Source: Gammaproteobacteria bacterium (GTDB lineage: Bacteria; Pseudomonadota; Gammaproteobacteria; SZUA-140). Taken from it: a stretch of DNA of 64,000 nucleotides. Under the pieces are notes generated by a model, which made no database searches, was not told the origin of the DNA, and saw only the letters and a program-made list of their open reading frames with translations. Location: assembly GCA_015491865.1 (NCBI GenBank), contig WFVD01000008.1, positions 138,002-202,001 of the forward strand, read 5' to 3'. Every line of letters starts with the position of its first letter. Position 1 is the first letter of the stretch. Both the position numbers and the translations under genes were made by a program. Shown here piece after piece: positions 11,270 through 22,407 of this stretch.

Positions 11270-11956
11270 TCACCTTGACGGAGCACTCGCGGCACGCACC
11301 CCTTGCCAGAAAATGGCCAGCTGCTGGCGATAGCTGCTGGGGATCGCATCCGGGTTATTCATCCGCAGCAGCAACGGTATGCCATAAAAGAGTGCAACAA
11401 GCCCGAGCATGGTTGTCGGCACATGGGTGTTGGCGGGTAGCTCGCCCCGATTGATCGCCTGCTGCAGTGCCGGTGCCAGCACTGCATCGAGGCCGCTCAC
11501 CTCCAGCGCCTCAATTTCGCTGGCATTTTCGTCATTGATCTCTTTTTCAAAGGCGCGGTGTCGCTCGGCGCGGCCGATGGTCTGCAGGCGCGGTTTTTCG
11601 CGCAGGCGGGCAAGGCGTGCCAGCACTTCCCCCATCAGCCCCGGGTGCTGCTGGAACTGCTGAGCGGCGGCGGCAAACAGTGTGTCGATGGCTGCGGTGC
11701 CGCTCTGGCCGCTCTGGCGAACCTTCCAGCTGATCTCAAGCGTCCAGAGCTGCATGTAGTAGTCGAGCAGATCACTCTTTTTTGCGAAGTAGTTAAAGAA
11801 GGTCGCCTCCGAGATTTCAACATCGTCACAAAGCGCATTGACAGTAATCTCCTCCATCGGTGTCGCTTCAAGGCGCTGAATGGCGGCGTTAACCAGCGCA
11901 AGCTTGGTGCGCGCATATTTTCGTTCACGCAGTGGAATTCTGGGGGTAGCGGCCAT
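11270..11956 (-). CDS. TetR/AcrR family transcriptional regulator
   Basis: LRERKYARTK...ITVNALCDDVEISEATFFNYFAKK helix-turn-helix; AGGAG RBS. Confidence 0.9.
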   Translation of the reverse strand: MAATPRIPLRERKYARTKLALVNAAIQRLEATPMEEITVNALCDDVEISEATFFNYFAKKSDLLDYYMQLWTLEISWKVRQSGQSGTAAIDTLFAAAAQQFQQHPGLMGEVLARLARLREKPRLQTIGRAERHRAFEKEINDENASEIEALEVSGLDAVLAPALQQAINRGELPANTHVPTTMLGLVALFYGIPLLLRMNNPDAIPSSYRQQLAIFWQGVRAASAPSR

Positions 11957-12318
11957 CTTTATTGCTCCTTAAAACTTATTACTCTCATTATTTTTACCCT
12001 AGTCTATTAATCTAATCAACCCTAATATATCATTTTTTTATATTATTTTCATTGGGTTGTAGCTTCTGATTTGGCGTGAAAAAGGGGCGAAGGAGCCGTA
12101 TCAGTTTTTTCATCTGTTGTGAATATTGTTCTATAAAATTTTAGAGTACGCAATGTTTTATTGGTAATAATCTTATGGAACAGTAGGTTAAAGGCAAAAT
12201 TAATCTACAATACGATTTAAGCGTGGTAGACTGCACGCCTCTATTTTCAGGCTATTCTATAGATTGCCGACAGATAACATCATCATCCGCACCGCTTCAA
12301 CCAAATTTAGGTAACCAG

Positions 12319-15300
12319 ATGGACAGACTTCTACCGCTTCTCAAGGAACGTATCCTGATTCTCGATGGTGCGATGGGCACGATGATTCAGCGCTACAAGC
12401 TGGAAGAGTCCGATTATCGCGGTGAGCGCTTTGCCGATTACCCCTCAGACCTCAAGGGCAATAACGACCTGCTGGTGTTGACACAGCCGGAGATCATCCG
12501 CGACATCCACATCGAATACCTGAATGCGGGCGCGGACATTATCGAGACCAACACTTTTGGTGCCACTACTATTTCGATGGCCGATTACGATATGGAGTCG
12601 CTCGCCTATGAGATGAACGTTGCCGGTGCGCGGCTCGCACGTGAGGCGTGTGATGCGGTGGCCACCGCCGACAAACCGCGCTTTGTTGCGGGCGTGCTTG
12701 GTCCCACAAATCGCACCTGCTCGATTTCGCCCGAGGTGAATGACCCGGCGGCACGCAACGTTACCTTTGATGAGCTGGTGGTTGCCTATAGCGAAGCGAC
12801 CCGTGGCTTGATCGAGGGGGGCTCCGATACGATTCTGATCGAGACCATTTTCGACACCCTCAATGCCAAAGCGGCAATCTTTGCGGTGCAGCAGGTCTTT
12901 GATGAGATTGGGCGCGAGCTGCCGATCATGATCTCCGGTACGATCACCGACGCCTCTGGTCGAACCCTTTCAGGGCAGGTGACCGAAGCCTTTTACAACT
13001 CACTGGCCCATGCGAAGCCGATCTCGATCGGACTGAACTGCGCACTCGGTGCCGAAGAGCTGCGCCAGTATGTGGAAGAGCTGTCACGCGTGGCTAGCTG
13101 TTATGTGAGCGCACACCCCAATGCAGGGTTACCCAATCCGCTGGCAGAAACGGGCTATGATGACACGCCTGAAAACATGGCTGGCTTTATCAAAGAGTGG
13201 GCCGAGAGCGGTTTTCTGAATATTATTGGTGGATGCTGTGGTACCTCGCCCGATTTCATCGCGGCCATTGCGGAAGCTGTCAGGGATGTTGCACCGCGCA
13301 AGCTGCCGACGATCCCGGTTGAGTGCCGTCTCTCTGGACTGGAGCCATTTAACATCGCCGCCGAGTCGCTCTTTGTGAATGTGGGAGAGCGCGCCAATGT
13401 GACTGGCTCCGCCAAATTTAAACGGCTTATCCTTGAAGGGCAGTTTGATGAGGCGCTCAGCGTCTGTCGTGAACAGGTTGAGAACGGCGCCCAGATCATC
13501 GATGTGAACATGGATGAGGCGATGCTCGACGGTAAAGAGGCGATGGTCCACTACCTGAATCTGGTCGCCTCTGAACCGGATATCTCGAAAGTGCCGGTGA
13601 TGGTGGACTCCTCAAAGTGGGAGATTATTGAGGCGGGGCTAAAGTGTATTCAGGGTAAAGGGATCGTCAACTCGATCTCTCTGAAAGAAGGGAAGGGGCA
13701 GTTCATTCATCATGCCGAGTTGATTAAACGCTACGGCGCGGCGGCAGTGGTGATGGCCTTTGATGAAGAGGGTCAGGCCGACACCTTTGAACGCAAGATT
13801 GAGATCTGCAAAAACTCATACGATGTGCTGGTCAATGAGGTCGATTTTCCGCCACAGGATATCATCTTCGACCCCAATATCTTCGCCGTTGCGACCGGTA
13901 TTGAGGCGCACAACAACTATGCGGTCGATTTTATCGAGGCGACGCGCTGGATCAAACAGAACCTGCCTCATGCGATGGTGAGTGGCGGTGTCTCTAATGT
14001 CTCATTCTCTTTTCGTGGTAACAATCCGGTGCGAGAGGCGATTCATGCAGTCTTTCTCTACCACTGTTGTCAGGCGGGGATGGATATGGGGATCGTCAAT
14101 GCGGCTCAGCTTGCAGTTTACGATGACCTGCCACAAGCGCTACGTGAGCGTGTTGAAGATGTGGTGCTGAATCGGCGTGAAGACAGTACCGACCGTCTGC
14201 TGGAGATCGCGGATAGCTACCGTGGCGATGGCAAGGTCGAGAAGAAAGAGGATGAAGCGTGGCGCAGCTGGTCAGTTGACAGGCGGCTGGAACATGCGCT
14301 CGTTAAGGGAATCGATCGCTTTGTTACAGAAGATACTGAAGAGGCGCGGTTGACCTTTGAGCGCCCCATTCAGGTGATTGAAGGGCCGTTGATGGCCGGC
14401 ATGAATGTGGTGGGTGATCTGTTTGGCGCAGGTAAGATGTTTCTGCCACAGGTGGTGAAGTCCGCGCGAGTGATGAAAAAGGCGGTCGCGCATCTGATCC
14501 CGTTTATTGAGGCGGCCAAGGCAGAAGGGGCTGCTCAGAGTAATGGCAAGATTCTGATGGCTACCGTGAAAGGTGATGTACATGACATCGGTAAAAATAT
14601 CGTCGGGGTTGTGTTGCAGTGTAATAATTTTGAAGTGATCGATATCGGAGTGATGGTGCCGACGGCCACGATTCTGGAGGAGGCGAAGAAACATCATGTC
14701 GATGTGATCGGACTCTCAGGTCTGATCACCCCATCGCTGGAAGAGATGAGCCATATCGCCAAAGAGATGAAACGGCTGGAGATGAATATCCCCCTCATGC
14801 TGGGCGGTGCGACCACATCAAAGGCCCATACCGCAGTGAAGATCGATCCCCACTATGACCACCCAGTGGTGTGGGTGAAAGACGCCTCGCGTGCAGTGGG
14901 TGTCGCGCAGAGCCTGATCTCTGATGAGTTGCGGCCAAAGTTTGTTACTGACCTGAAGTCTGAATATGAGGCGGTACGGTTGCGCCATGCTGCGCGGCAA
15001 ACCGATGCGAAGTGGTTAACGCTGGCGCAGGCTCGCGCCAACAAAACAGAGATCGACTGGGAGAATTACCAGCCGACGACCCCCTCCTTTATCGGCACCA
15101 AGGTATTTGACGACTATCCACTACAGGAGCTGGTGGAGTATATCGACTGGACACCGTTCTTCCATTCGTGGGAGTTAAAGGGGAGTTACCCCAAAATTTT
15201 TGATGATGCTGAAAAAGGAGAAGAGGCGAAGAAGCTCTACGCCGATGCACAGGCGATGTTACAACAGCTTATTCAAGAGAAGTGGTTGCGGGCCAGTGCC

Positions 15301-15996
15301 GTAATAGGTCTCTATCCAGCCAGCAGTGTGGGAGATGACATTGAGGTCTATGCCGATGAGTCGCGTAGTGAGCGATTAACCACTTTTCACAATCTGCGCC
15401 AGCAGCAACAGAAGGCGGATGGCAAACCCAACCGCTGCCTGACCGACTTTATTGCACCAAAAGATAGCGGCGTTAACGATTACATCGGCTGCTTTGCGGT
15501 GACAACCGGCATCGGCATCGATGCACGTATCGCCGAATATGAAAAAAATCATGATGATTATCGTTCGATTATGTTAAAGGCGCTGGCTGATCGTCTTGCT
15601 GAGGCTTTTGCAGAGCGCATGCATCTGCGTGTGCGCCGAGAGTTCTGGGGCTATGCGAGTGACGAATCGCTTGATCAGAGCCAGTTGATCAAGGAGGCGT
15701 ACAAAGGGATCCGTCCAGCAGCCGGTTACCCGGCCTGTCCCGACCATACCGAGAAAGATCTGATCTGGGATCTGATGCAGGTGCAGGAAAATACCGGTAT
15801 CTGGCTGACAGAGTCGAAGGCGATGGTGCCCACGGCGGCTGTCAGTGGGATCTACTATGGCCACCCGGAGGCGATCTACTTTGGTGTCGGCAAGATCAAC
15901 CGAGAGCAGGTTGAAGAGTATGCGGCACGCAAAGGGATGTCGGTACAGGAAGCCGAGCAGTGGCTGGCACCCAATCTCGGTTATGACGCGGAATAA
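12319..15996 (+). CDS. metH: Cobalamin-dependent methionine synthase
   Basis: [25 protein letters not shown]12-binding [27 protein letters not shown]; start trimmed to MDRLL. Confidence 0.98.
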   Translation: MDRLLPLLKERILILDGAMGTMIQRYKLEESDYRGERFADYPSDLKGNNDLLVLTQPEIIRDIHIEYLNAGADIIETNTFGATTISMADYDMESLAYEMNVAGARLAREACDAVATADKPRFVAGVLGPTNRTCSISPEVNDPAARNVTFDELVVAYSEATRGLIEGGSDTILIETIFDTLNAKAAIFAVQQVFDEIGRELPIMISGTITDASGRTLSGQVTEAFYNSLAHAKPISIGLNCALGAEELRQYVEELSRVASCYVSAHPNAGLPNPLAETGYDDTPENMAGFIKEWAESGFLNIIGGCCGTSPDFIAAIAEAVRDVAPRKLPTIPVECRLSGLEPFNIAAESLFVNVGERANVTGSAKFKRLILEGQFDEALSVCREQVENGAQIIDVNMDEAMLDGKEAMVHYLNLVASEPDISKVPVMVDSSKWEIIEAGLKCIQGKGIVNSISLKEGKGQFIHHAELIKRYGAAAVVMAFDEEGQADTFERKIEICKNSYDVLVNEVDFPPQDIIFDPNIFAVATGIEAHNNYAVDFIEATRWIKQNLPHAMVSGGVSNVSFSFRGNNPVREAIHAVFLYHCCQAGMDMGIVNAAQLAVYDDLPQALRERVEDVVLNRREDSTDRLLEIADSYRGDGKVEKKEDEAWRSWSVDRRLEHALVKGIDRFVTEDTEEARLTFERPIQVIEGPLMAGMNVVGDLFGAGKMFLPQVVKSARVMKKAVAHLIPFIEAAKAEGAAQSNGKILMATVKGDVHDIGKNIVGVVLQCNNFEVIDIGVMVPTATILEEAKKHHVDVIGLSGLITPSLEEMSHIAKEMKRLEMNIPLMLGGATTSKAHTAVKIDPHYDHPVVWVKDASRAVGVAQSLISDELRPKFVTDLKSEYEAVRLRHAARQTDAKWLTLAQARANKTEIDWENYQPTTPSFIGTKVFDDYPLQELVEYIDWTPFFHSWELKGSYPKIFDDAEKGEEAKKLYADAQAMLQQLIQEKWLRASAVIGLYPASSVGDDIEVYADESRSERLTTFHNLRQQQQKADGKPNRCLTDFIAPKDSGVNDYIGCFAVTTGIGIDARIAEYEKNHDDYRSIMLKALADRLAEAFAERMHLRVRREFWGYASDESLDQSQLIKEAYKGIRPAAGYPACPDHTEKDLIWDLMQVQENTGIWLTESKAMVPTAAVSGIYYGHPEAIYFGVGKINREQVEEYAARKGMSVQEAEQWLAPNLGYDAE

Positions 15997-16109
15997 ACGG
16001 TTAATACCGCTCAGATTTGCTCTTTTCGAATGAATTGATCGCCGGCACCGCTCTATTCTCCTCGCCATAGCGAGTGTCTCGGCGATGCTGGATGATGGGT
16101 TAGATTTCC

Positions 16110-16136
16110 TCAACAATAATAATGTGTAGCCGATAA
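16110..16136 (+). promoter_or_regulatory. Putative sigma-28 (FliA) promoter
   Basis: TCAACAAT-N11-GCCGATAA with a perfect -10 box, ~100 bp upstream of an MCP gene. Confidence 0.7.
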
Positions 16137-16232
16137 GCAGCTTATGAGCACGGCAGGTTTTGACCTGCGTGCCAGGTTCAGAACAAAGGGCGTTAAACAA
16201 AAACAGTTTATCAATAATCTGAGGGCCCCCTA

Positions 16233-17756
16233 ATGGGTATTTATTCGCGAATTATTTCGCTGGGTCTTTTCTGTACCACCGCACTTGCTTCGGTTGCTGC
16301 GATCGTATTTTACTCTCCTGAGTCGCGGGCACCTGTCGTGGCAGCAGGGGTTGCAGCGGTGATGATCTTCATAGCGGCGCTGGTAGTGGCAAAACAGGTC
16401 AGGGCATCACTCGAAGGGCTGAGCCTGGCTATTGATCAGGTCACGGCATCCAGGGATCTCAGCCAACGTGTAGCCGTAGTGAAACAGCCAGAGTTAGTTG
16501 AGGTGGCCGGTTCGATTAATCATCTGTTAGATGGATTTTCTGATGTGCTTGCACGCGTTAATCAAAATACTGAAATGTTATTTGAAGAGGTGGCTCAGAT
16601 TGCATCGGCCTCGGCAGAGGTGATGGCCTCCTCGGATGTGCAGAACAGGAGCGTTACCGGTGTGGTCGATTCAATGGTTGGACTGAGCAGTAGCGTGGTA
16701 CAGGTAGCACGTAGCGCAGACGAAGTTCGCCAGATGGCCAGCACCGTCAAGGATCTTAGCAAGGAAGGTGAAGGGCATGTGGTGCTGGTCTCCAGTGGCA
16801 TTGCGCATGTTAATGAGTCATTCCAGTCAACGCAGGATCTCATCAAATCGCTGGCGCGCCGATCAGATGAGATTGTGACGATTATTGAGATGATCAGCGA
16901 CATTGCAGAGCAGACCAATCTATTAGCATTAAATGCAGCAATTGAGGCCGCGCGCGCCGGGGAACAGGGTCGAGGTTTTGCTGTGGTGGCTGACGAAGTG
17001 CGTAATCTTGCATCACGAACACATGATGCAACCGTTGAAGTGACGAGAATGGTTGATGGTATCCGTGCCGAGACAGGAATCGTTGTGAAGCAGATCGAGA
17101 GCGGTAGCGAAGAGGTGGGTGCCTGTGTTGAAAAGGCGAACCAGACTTCCGCCGCACTATCCAGCATGAGCTCTCATGCGATAGATGTAACGCTGCGCAC
17201 CGATGAAATTGCTTCCGCGACAGAAGAGCAGAGCTGCACCACGCAGCAGATCGAAGAGATGGTGCGTACGGTGACTGAGATGTCAGAAAAGAGTAACCAG
17301 AGCATTCATAAATCGAATGGCGCAATCAGACATTTACTGCAGCAGGCGATGGAGTTAACGGTTGCTGCACGTGAATATAGTTCAGTGGAAAGGAACGAGT
17401 TGAACAGCCTGATGCAGGCTATTACAGAGGTTAGAATGAATGCTGTTCTTGCGACTAACGCCTCATGTGCGAGTGAGACGGTTGAGCCAATTAATAAAAT
17501 CAAACAGCTAGATCAGGATATCGTCTCTTTATGGGGACGATACAGTGCTGGTCCAGCCGGTAGTGCCGAGCCGAAACAGGCTCAGGCGTTCTGGGAGGCG
17601 TGGCAGCTGTTTAAAGCGGCGCGCGCAATCACACTTGAGCGCTCGGCCAATGGAGATTTTATTGGTGCTAGAGAAAATGCAGCCAGGAATGCCGGGCCAA
17701 AATTTCAGCAGGCAAAAGCTGCATTAGCCTCATTAATTGAGGGGCAGATGGGGTAA
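16233..17756 (+). CDS. Methyl-accepting chemotaxis protein with a C-terminal four-helix-bundle-like extra domain
   Basis: [37 protein letters not shown] motif, two closely spaced N-terminal TM helices, ~120-aa helical C-terminal extension. Confidence 0.93.
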   Translation: MGIYSRIISLGLFCTTALASVAAIVFYSPESRAPVVAAGVAAVMIFIAALVVAKQVRASLEGLSLAIDQVTASRDLSQRVAVVKQPELVEVAGSINHLLDGFSDVLARVNQNTEMLFEEVAQIASASAEVMASSDVQNRSVTGVVDSMVGLSSSVVQVARSADEVRQMASTVKDLSKEGEGHVVLVSSGIAHVNESFQSTQDLIKSLARRSDEIVTIIEMISDIAEQTNLLALNAAIEAARAGEQGRGFAVVADEVRNLASRTHDATVEVTRMVDGIRAETGIVVKQIESGSEEVGACVEKANQTSAALSSMSSHAIDVTLRTDEIASATEEQSCTTQQIEEMVRTVTEMSEKSNQSIHKSNGAIRHLLQQAMELTVAAREYSSVERNELNSLMQAITEVRMNAVLATNASCASETVEPINKIKQLDQDIVSLWGRYSAGPAGSAEPKQAQAFWEAWQLFKAARAITLERSANGDFIGARENAARNAGPKFQQAKAALASLIEGQMG

Positions 17757-17842
17757 TGCAGAGTTCTATGATGTAGCAGTGTGTGCTCTCTAATTCTTCA
17801 GGCCGATTAAGAGCGCACCTCTAATTTAGAAGACAGGGATGT

Positions 17843-18976
17843 ATGGCTTTTAAGTGGATAAAACAGGTGCTAACCGATGATACGCTGCCAGGCCATGGGG
17901 AGCGCTGGCTAGCATGTTTGGCCGCCCTGCTGAGTCTCTTGATGGTTGCGGCCGTAAGTGCCTTTTTTCTCAGTGGTAAAGATGTGCCGATTGTGGTCGC
18001 TTCGATGGGGGCCTCTGCGGTTCTGCTGTTTGCAGTGCCGCATAGTCGATTTTCCCAGCCCTGGTCCTTTGTTGGTGGACACCTGATTTCTGCCTTTGTG
18101 GGTGTCACCTGTGCTCAGTGGATACCCGATCAGGCGCTGGCGGTCGCGACCGCCGGCGCATTAGCGCTGCTCTGTATGCTCTATCTGCGCTGTTTGCATC
18201 CACCTGGTGGCGCAGCTGCAGTGACTGCTGTGATCGGGGGCAGTGAGATAGAGTCGCTCGGCTATTTATTTGTTGTGATGCCGGTCGCATTGAATGTCGT
18301 GCTGATGCTGTTAATGGCGCTACTGGTCAATAACCTGATACCCGGTCGGCGTTATCCAGCCACCCCTAAGCAGACGAGGCGATCACCGCTAGATGTACCG
18401 TCGGGAACCGACACGCTAAAATTTTCCGATAGCGACCTGGAGCAGGCATTGCGTGATATGAACACATACATCGATGTCTCCAAAGAGGACCTTAACGCAA
18501 TTTATGGACTCGCGCGGATGCATCATCAGAAAAAACAGCTGGGTGATGTGCTGTGTAAAGATGTGATGGTGCGTGAGGTGGTTGCAGTCGAGTACGGGAG
18601 TCACCTTGACGAAGTATGGGAGTTGATGCAGCGTTATAAAATCAGCGGCATTCCTGTGATTAACCGTGCGCATCGAATTGAAGGTATCGTTACGCTCTCC
18701 GATCTCCTGCGTGAAGCGGATGTAAGCTCTCATCAAACAATGGGTGAGAAATTGCGTTCATTTATTAAACAGACACAGGGGCACCACTCAGATAAGGCAG
18801 AGGTTGCAGGGCAGGTCATGACAAAGCAGGTGTTAACGGTAAAAGAAGAGCAGCATATCGCAGAGCTGATCCCGTTGTTTGTTGAGCGAGATATTCACCA
18901 TATCCCGGTCGTAAATGAACAGGATAGACTGGTGGGTATGATTACACGTACAACCGTGATGAATGTATTGCTATAA
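17843..18976 (+). CDS. HPP family membrane protein with a CBS domain pair
   Basis: SMGASAVLLFAVPHSRFSQPW and CLHPPGGA motifs; two CBS repeats (ISGIPVI, IHHIPVV). Confidence 0.93.
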   Translation: MAFKWIKQVLTDDTLPGHGERWLACLAALLSLLMVAAVSAFFLSGKDVPIVVASMGASAVLLFAVPHSRFSQPWSFVGGHLISAFVGVTCAQWIPDQALAVATAGALALLCMLYLRCLHPPGGAAAVTAVIGGSEIESLGYLFVVMPVALNVVLMLLMALLVNNLIPGRRYPATPKQTRRSPLDVPSGTDTLKFSDSDLEQALRDMNTYIDVSKEDLNAIYGLARMHHQKKQLGDVLCKDVMVREVVAVEYGSHLDEVWELMQRYKISGIPVINRAHRIEGIVTLSDLLREADVSSHQTMGEKLRSFIKQTQGHHSDKAEVAGQVMTKQVLTVKEEQHIAELIPLFVERDIHHIPVVNEQDRLVGMITRTTVMNVLL

Positions 18977-19148
18977 CACTACTATTTATCGTTAACGCTT
19001 TTTGGCAACGGCAGGTAGCACCTCTTTACAGATAAAATCGATGTAGTCATCGGCACGATCTTTAAATTCAGGTGGCACTGCATGTGCCGCCTCGTTAAGC
19101 TGGTCGGTTAACTTATATTAGCGGCTACCGTGAAAACTTTCCTTTTAA

Positions 19149-19187
19149 TAAAAAAGCCCACTCCTGCTTTAACAGGGGTAGGCCTTG
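19149..19187 (-). terminator. Possible intrinsic terminator downstream of hemF
   Basis: Imperfect hairpin gcc-actcctg/caggggt-ggc next to an A-run (U-tract on the minus strand). Confidence 0.45.
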
Positions 19188-19211
19188 AGAGGTATTGCTT
19201 GTGAGCTGAGT

Positions 19212-20177
<966 letters not shown>

Positions 20178-20241
20178 CTATCTAAATTTTCCCGAGACTG
20201 TAACGGAGGATTATAAAGACTTTAATGGTTGCCCTGCCTGT

Positions 20242-20823
20242 TTATGAGGCGCGGATTATCTGGTTGCTCTCTGCGTCTCTGATCTCAGTTGGATTATCCT
20301 GCATGCCGACGTTACCGGGCAGGATATAGTCGAGCTGGCTGGTGAAGATGCGCCTCACCTGCCTCACGTTACGCGCTGCCTGTTGTTGATGCCGGTTGGC
20401 GCTGGTAGAGACCAGCGGCCCTGCGAGTGTCTCGCAGAGTGCGCTGGCCTGCGGATGTGCGGTGACGCGGATGGCGATCTTTTTATGGCTGCCGGTGATC
20501 CAGTGCGGCACCTCGGGGCGTGCGGGTAGCAGCCAGGTGGTTGGCCCCGGCCATCGCTTATCAATGCGTTTGCGGGTCTTTGTATCGAGCGGTGTGATAT
20601 ACGGTTCGACCTGTTCAAACGATGAGGCGATTAGAATAAGCCCTTTTTCAGGCTTGCGCTGTTTAAGCTGCAGCAGCCGCTGGACCGCGTCGCTATTGCG
20701 CGGATCACAGCCGAGGCCGTAGACCGCCTCTGTGGCGTAAGCGATTACCCCGCCGCGGCGAACCACCTCGGCGGCATGCAGGATGTGCCAGCGATTGAGC
20801 GTGCGTTGTTCGGGTGTCACCAT
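20242..20823 (-). CDS. tsaC: L-threonylcarbamoyladenylate synthase (Sua5/YrdC)
   Basis: GGVIAYATEAVYGLGCDP, KGLILIA, WPGPTTW, LVSTSAN; start trimmed to the ATG just after the purD stop. Confidence 0.93.
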   Translation of the reverse strand: MVTPEQRTLNRWHILHAAEVVRRGGVIAYATEAVYGLGCDPRNSDAVQRLLQLKQRKPEKGLILIASSFEQVEPYITPLDTKTRKRIDKRWPGPTTWLLPARPEVPHWITGSHKKIAIRVTAHPQASALCETLAGPLVSTSANRHQQQAARNVRQVRRIFTSQLDYILPGNVGMQDNPTEIRDAESNQIIRAS

Positions 20824-20827
20824 CTTG

Positions 20828-22120
20828 CTAAGTCGTCTGGCGCTGCTCACGCGCGACGGCGCGGTAGCCGATGTCGTTGCGATAAAATGCGCCATCCCAG
20901 CTGATTTTTTTAACGTGGGCGTAGGCGTTTTTCTGCGCATCACTCACCGTTGCGCCGAGTGATGAGACGCAGAGCACGCGGCCACCTGCGGTTACAACAT
21001 GACCGCCTTCGATGCGCGTACCGGCATGAAACACTTTGCTGTTCTCAGTGTCGTTATCAAGGCCGCTGATTATATCACCCTTCGGATAGCTGCCGGGGTA
21101 GCCTGTGGCTGCCATCACCACGCCAAGAGCGACCCGCTCGTCCCACTCTGCAGTGACACTCTTGAGTCTTTTATCCAGAGCCGCATCGCACAGCTCTGTG
21201 ATATCGGATTTGAGGCGCATCATGATTGGCTGGGTTTCAGGGTCGCCAAAACGGCAGTTGTATTCGATCACCTTTGGTGTGCCGTCGGCGCTGATCATCA
21301 GCCCGGCATAGAGGAAACCGGTGTATGGGTTGCCTTCACTCGCCATGCCGTTAACCGTTGGTTCGATCACCTCTTTCATGATGCGGGCGTGAATCTCATC
21401 GCTCACCACCGGTGCAGGCGAGTACGCCCCCATGCCGCCAGTGTTGGGGCCGGTGTCCCCTTCGCCAACACGTTTGTGATCCTGGCTGGTTGCCATCGGC
21501 AGGATGTTTTTGCCATCAACCATGCAGATAAAGCTCGCCTCCTCACCCGTTAAAAACTCTTCGATCACCACGCGGTGGCCCGCTTCACCAAAGGTGTTAC
21601 CGGCAAGCATCTCTTTGATCGCTGTTTCGGCTTCGGCGAGTGTCATCGCTACAATCACCCCTTTGCCAGCCGCAAGGCCATCGGCCTTAACAACGATAGG
21701 CGCGCCCTGCTGGCGAACGTAGGCGAGAGCGGCTTCGGTCTCAGTAAAGTTCTGGTAGCGGCCGGTCGGAATATGGTGGCGTGCCAGAAAGTCTTTGGTG
21801 AACGCCTTGGAGCCTTCCAGTTGGGCGGCCTCCTCGGTAGGACCAAAGCAGCGCAGGCCCGCCGCTTCAAAGCGGTTAACCACACCGGCAACCAGTGGCG
21901 CCTCAGGGCCGACGATGGTGAGGCCTACCCTCTTTTCTTTGGCAAAGGCGAGCAGTGCCGGAATCTCTTCAGCGCCAATGGCGACGTTTTCCAGTTTCTC
22001 TTCGCGTGCGGTGCCCGCGTTGCCGGGTGCAACATAAACGGTTTCGACTCGCGTTGATTGCGCCGCTTTCCAGGCCAGCGCGTGTTCGCGACCACCGCCG
22101 CCGATAATCAGTACCTTCAT
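20828..22120 (-). CDS. purD: Phosphoribosylamine--glycine ligase
   Basis: GGGGREHALAW, QLEGSKAF, KADGLAAGKGV, DTGPNTGGMGAYSP, RFGDPETQ. Confidence 0.98.
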   Translation of the reverse strand: MKVLIIGGGGREHALAWKAAQSTRVETVYVAPGNAGTAREEKLENVAIGAEEIPALLAFAKEKRVGLTIVGPEAPLVAGVVNRFEAAGLRCFGPTEEAAQLEGSKAFTKDFLARHHIPTGRYQNFTETEAALAYVRQQGAPIVVKADGLAAGKGVIVAMTLAEAETAIKEMLAGNTFGEAGHRVVIEEFLTGEEASFICMVDGKNILPMATSQDHKRVGEGDTGPNTGGMGAYSPAPVVSDEIHARIMKEVIEPTVNGMASEGNPYTGFLYAGLMISADGTPKVIEYNCRFGDPETQPIMMRLKSDITELCDAALDKRLKSVTAEWDERVALGVVMAATGYPGSYPKGDIISGLDNDTENSKVFHAGTRIEGGHVVTAGGRVLCVSSLGATVSDAQKNAYAHVKKISWDGAFYRNDIGYRAVAREQRQTT

Positions 22121-22407
22121 GAATTAATATATCTTTATAATGTTGATGGGGTGACGTTAACTAGTTAAGTGCCGCTTTCCAGAATGCAGGCCACGCACAC
22201 TTTTTTGCAAGTGGGTAAGAATAGCGCATTCTGGGGGGGTGGGTCATCCTCATACCGGGTGATGGAAGTCATTTGTCAAAGACACGCAAGCCGTTGTTTT
22301 GCAATGTTATACAAAATGTCTAATCAATTGAAATAAATAGAGAAATATGCTACTATGGGGCTGTTTCTGGTTGGTCTGAAGCGCTCTTTCTGGCCACCAG
22401 CCATAAA

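Noticed and set aside
11960..12318. Riboswitch (cobalamin, SAM or SAH) upstream of metH
   Set aside because: AT-rich divergent promoter region with no recognisable aptamer motifs.
17802..17809. GCCGATTA as a sigma-28 -10 box before the HPP gene
   Set aside because: No TAAA/TCAA-like -35 at the required spacing.
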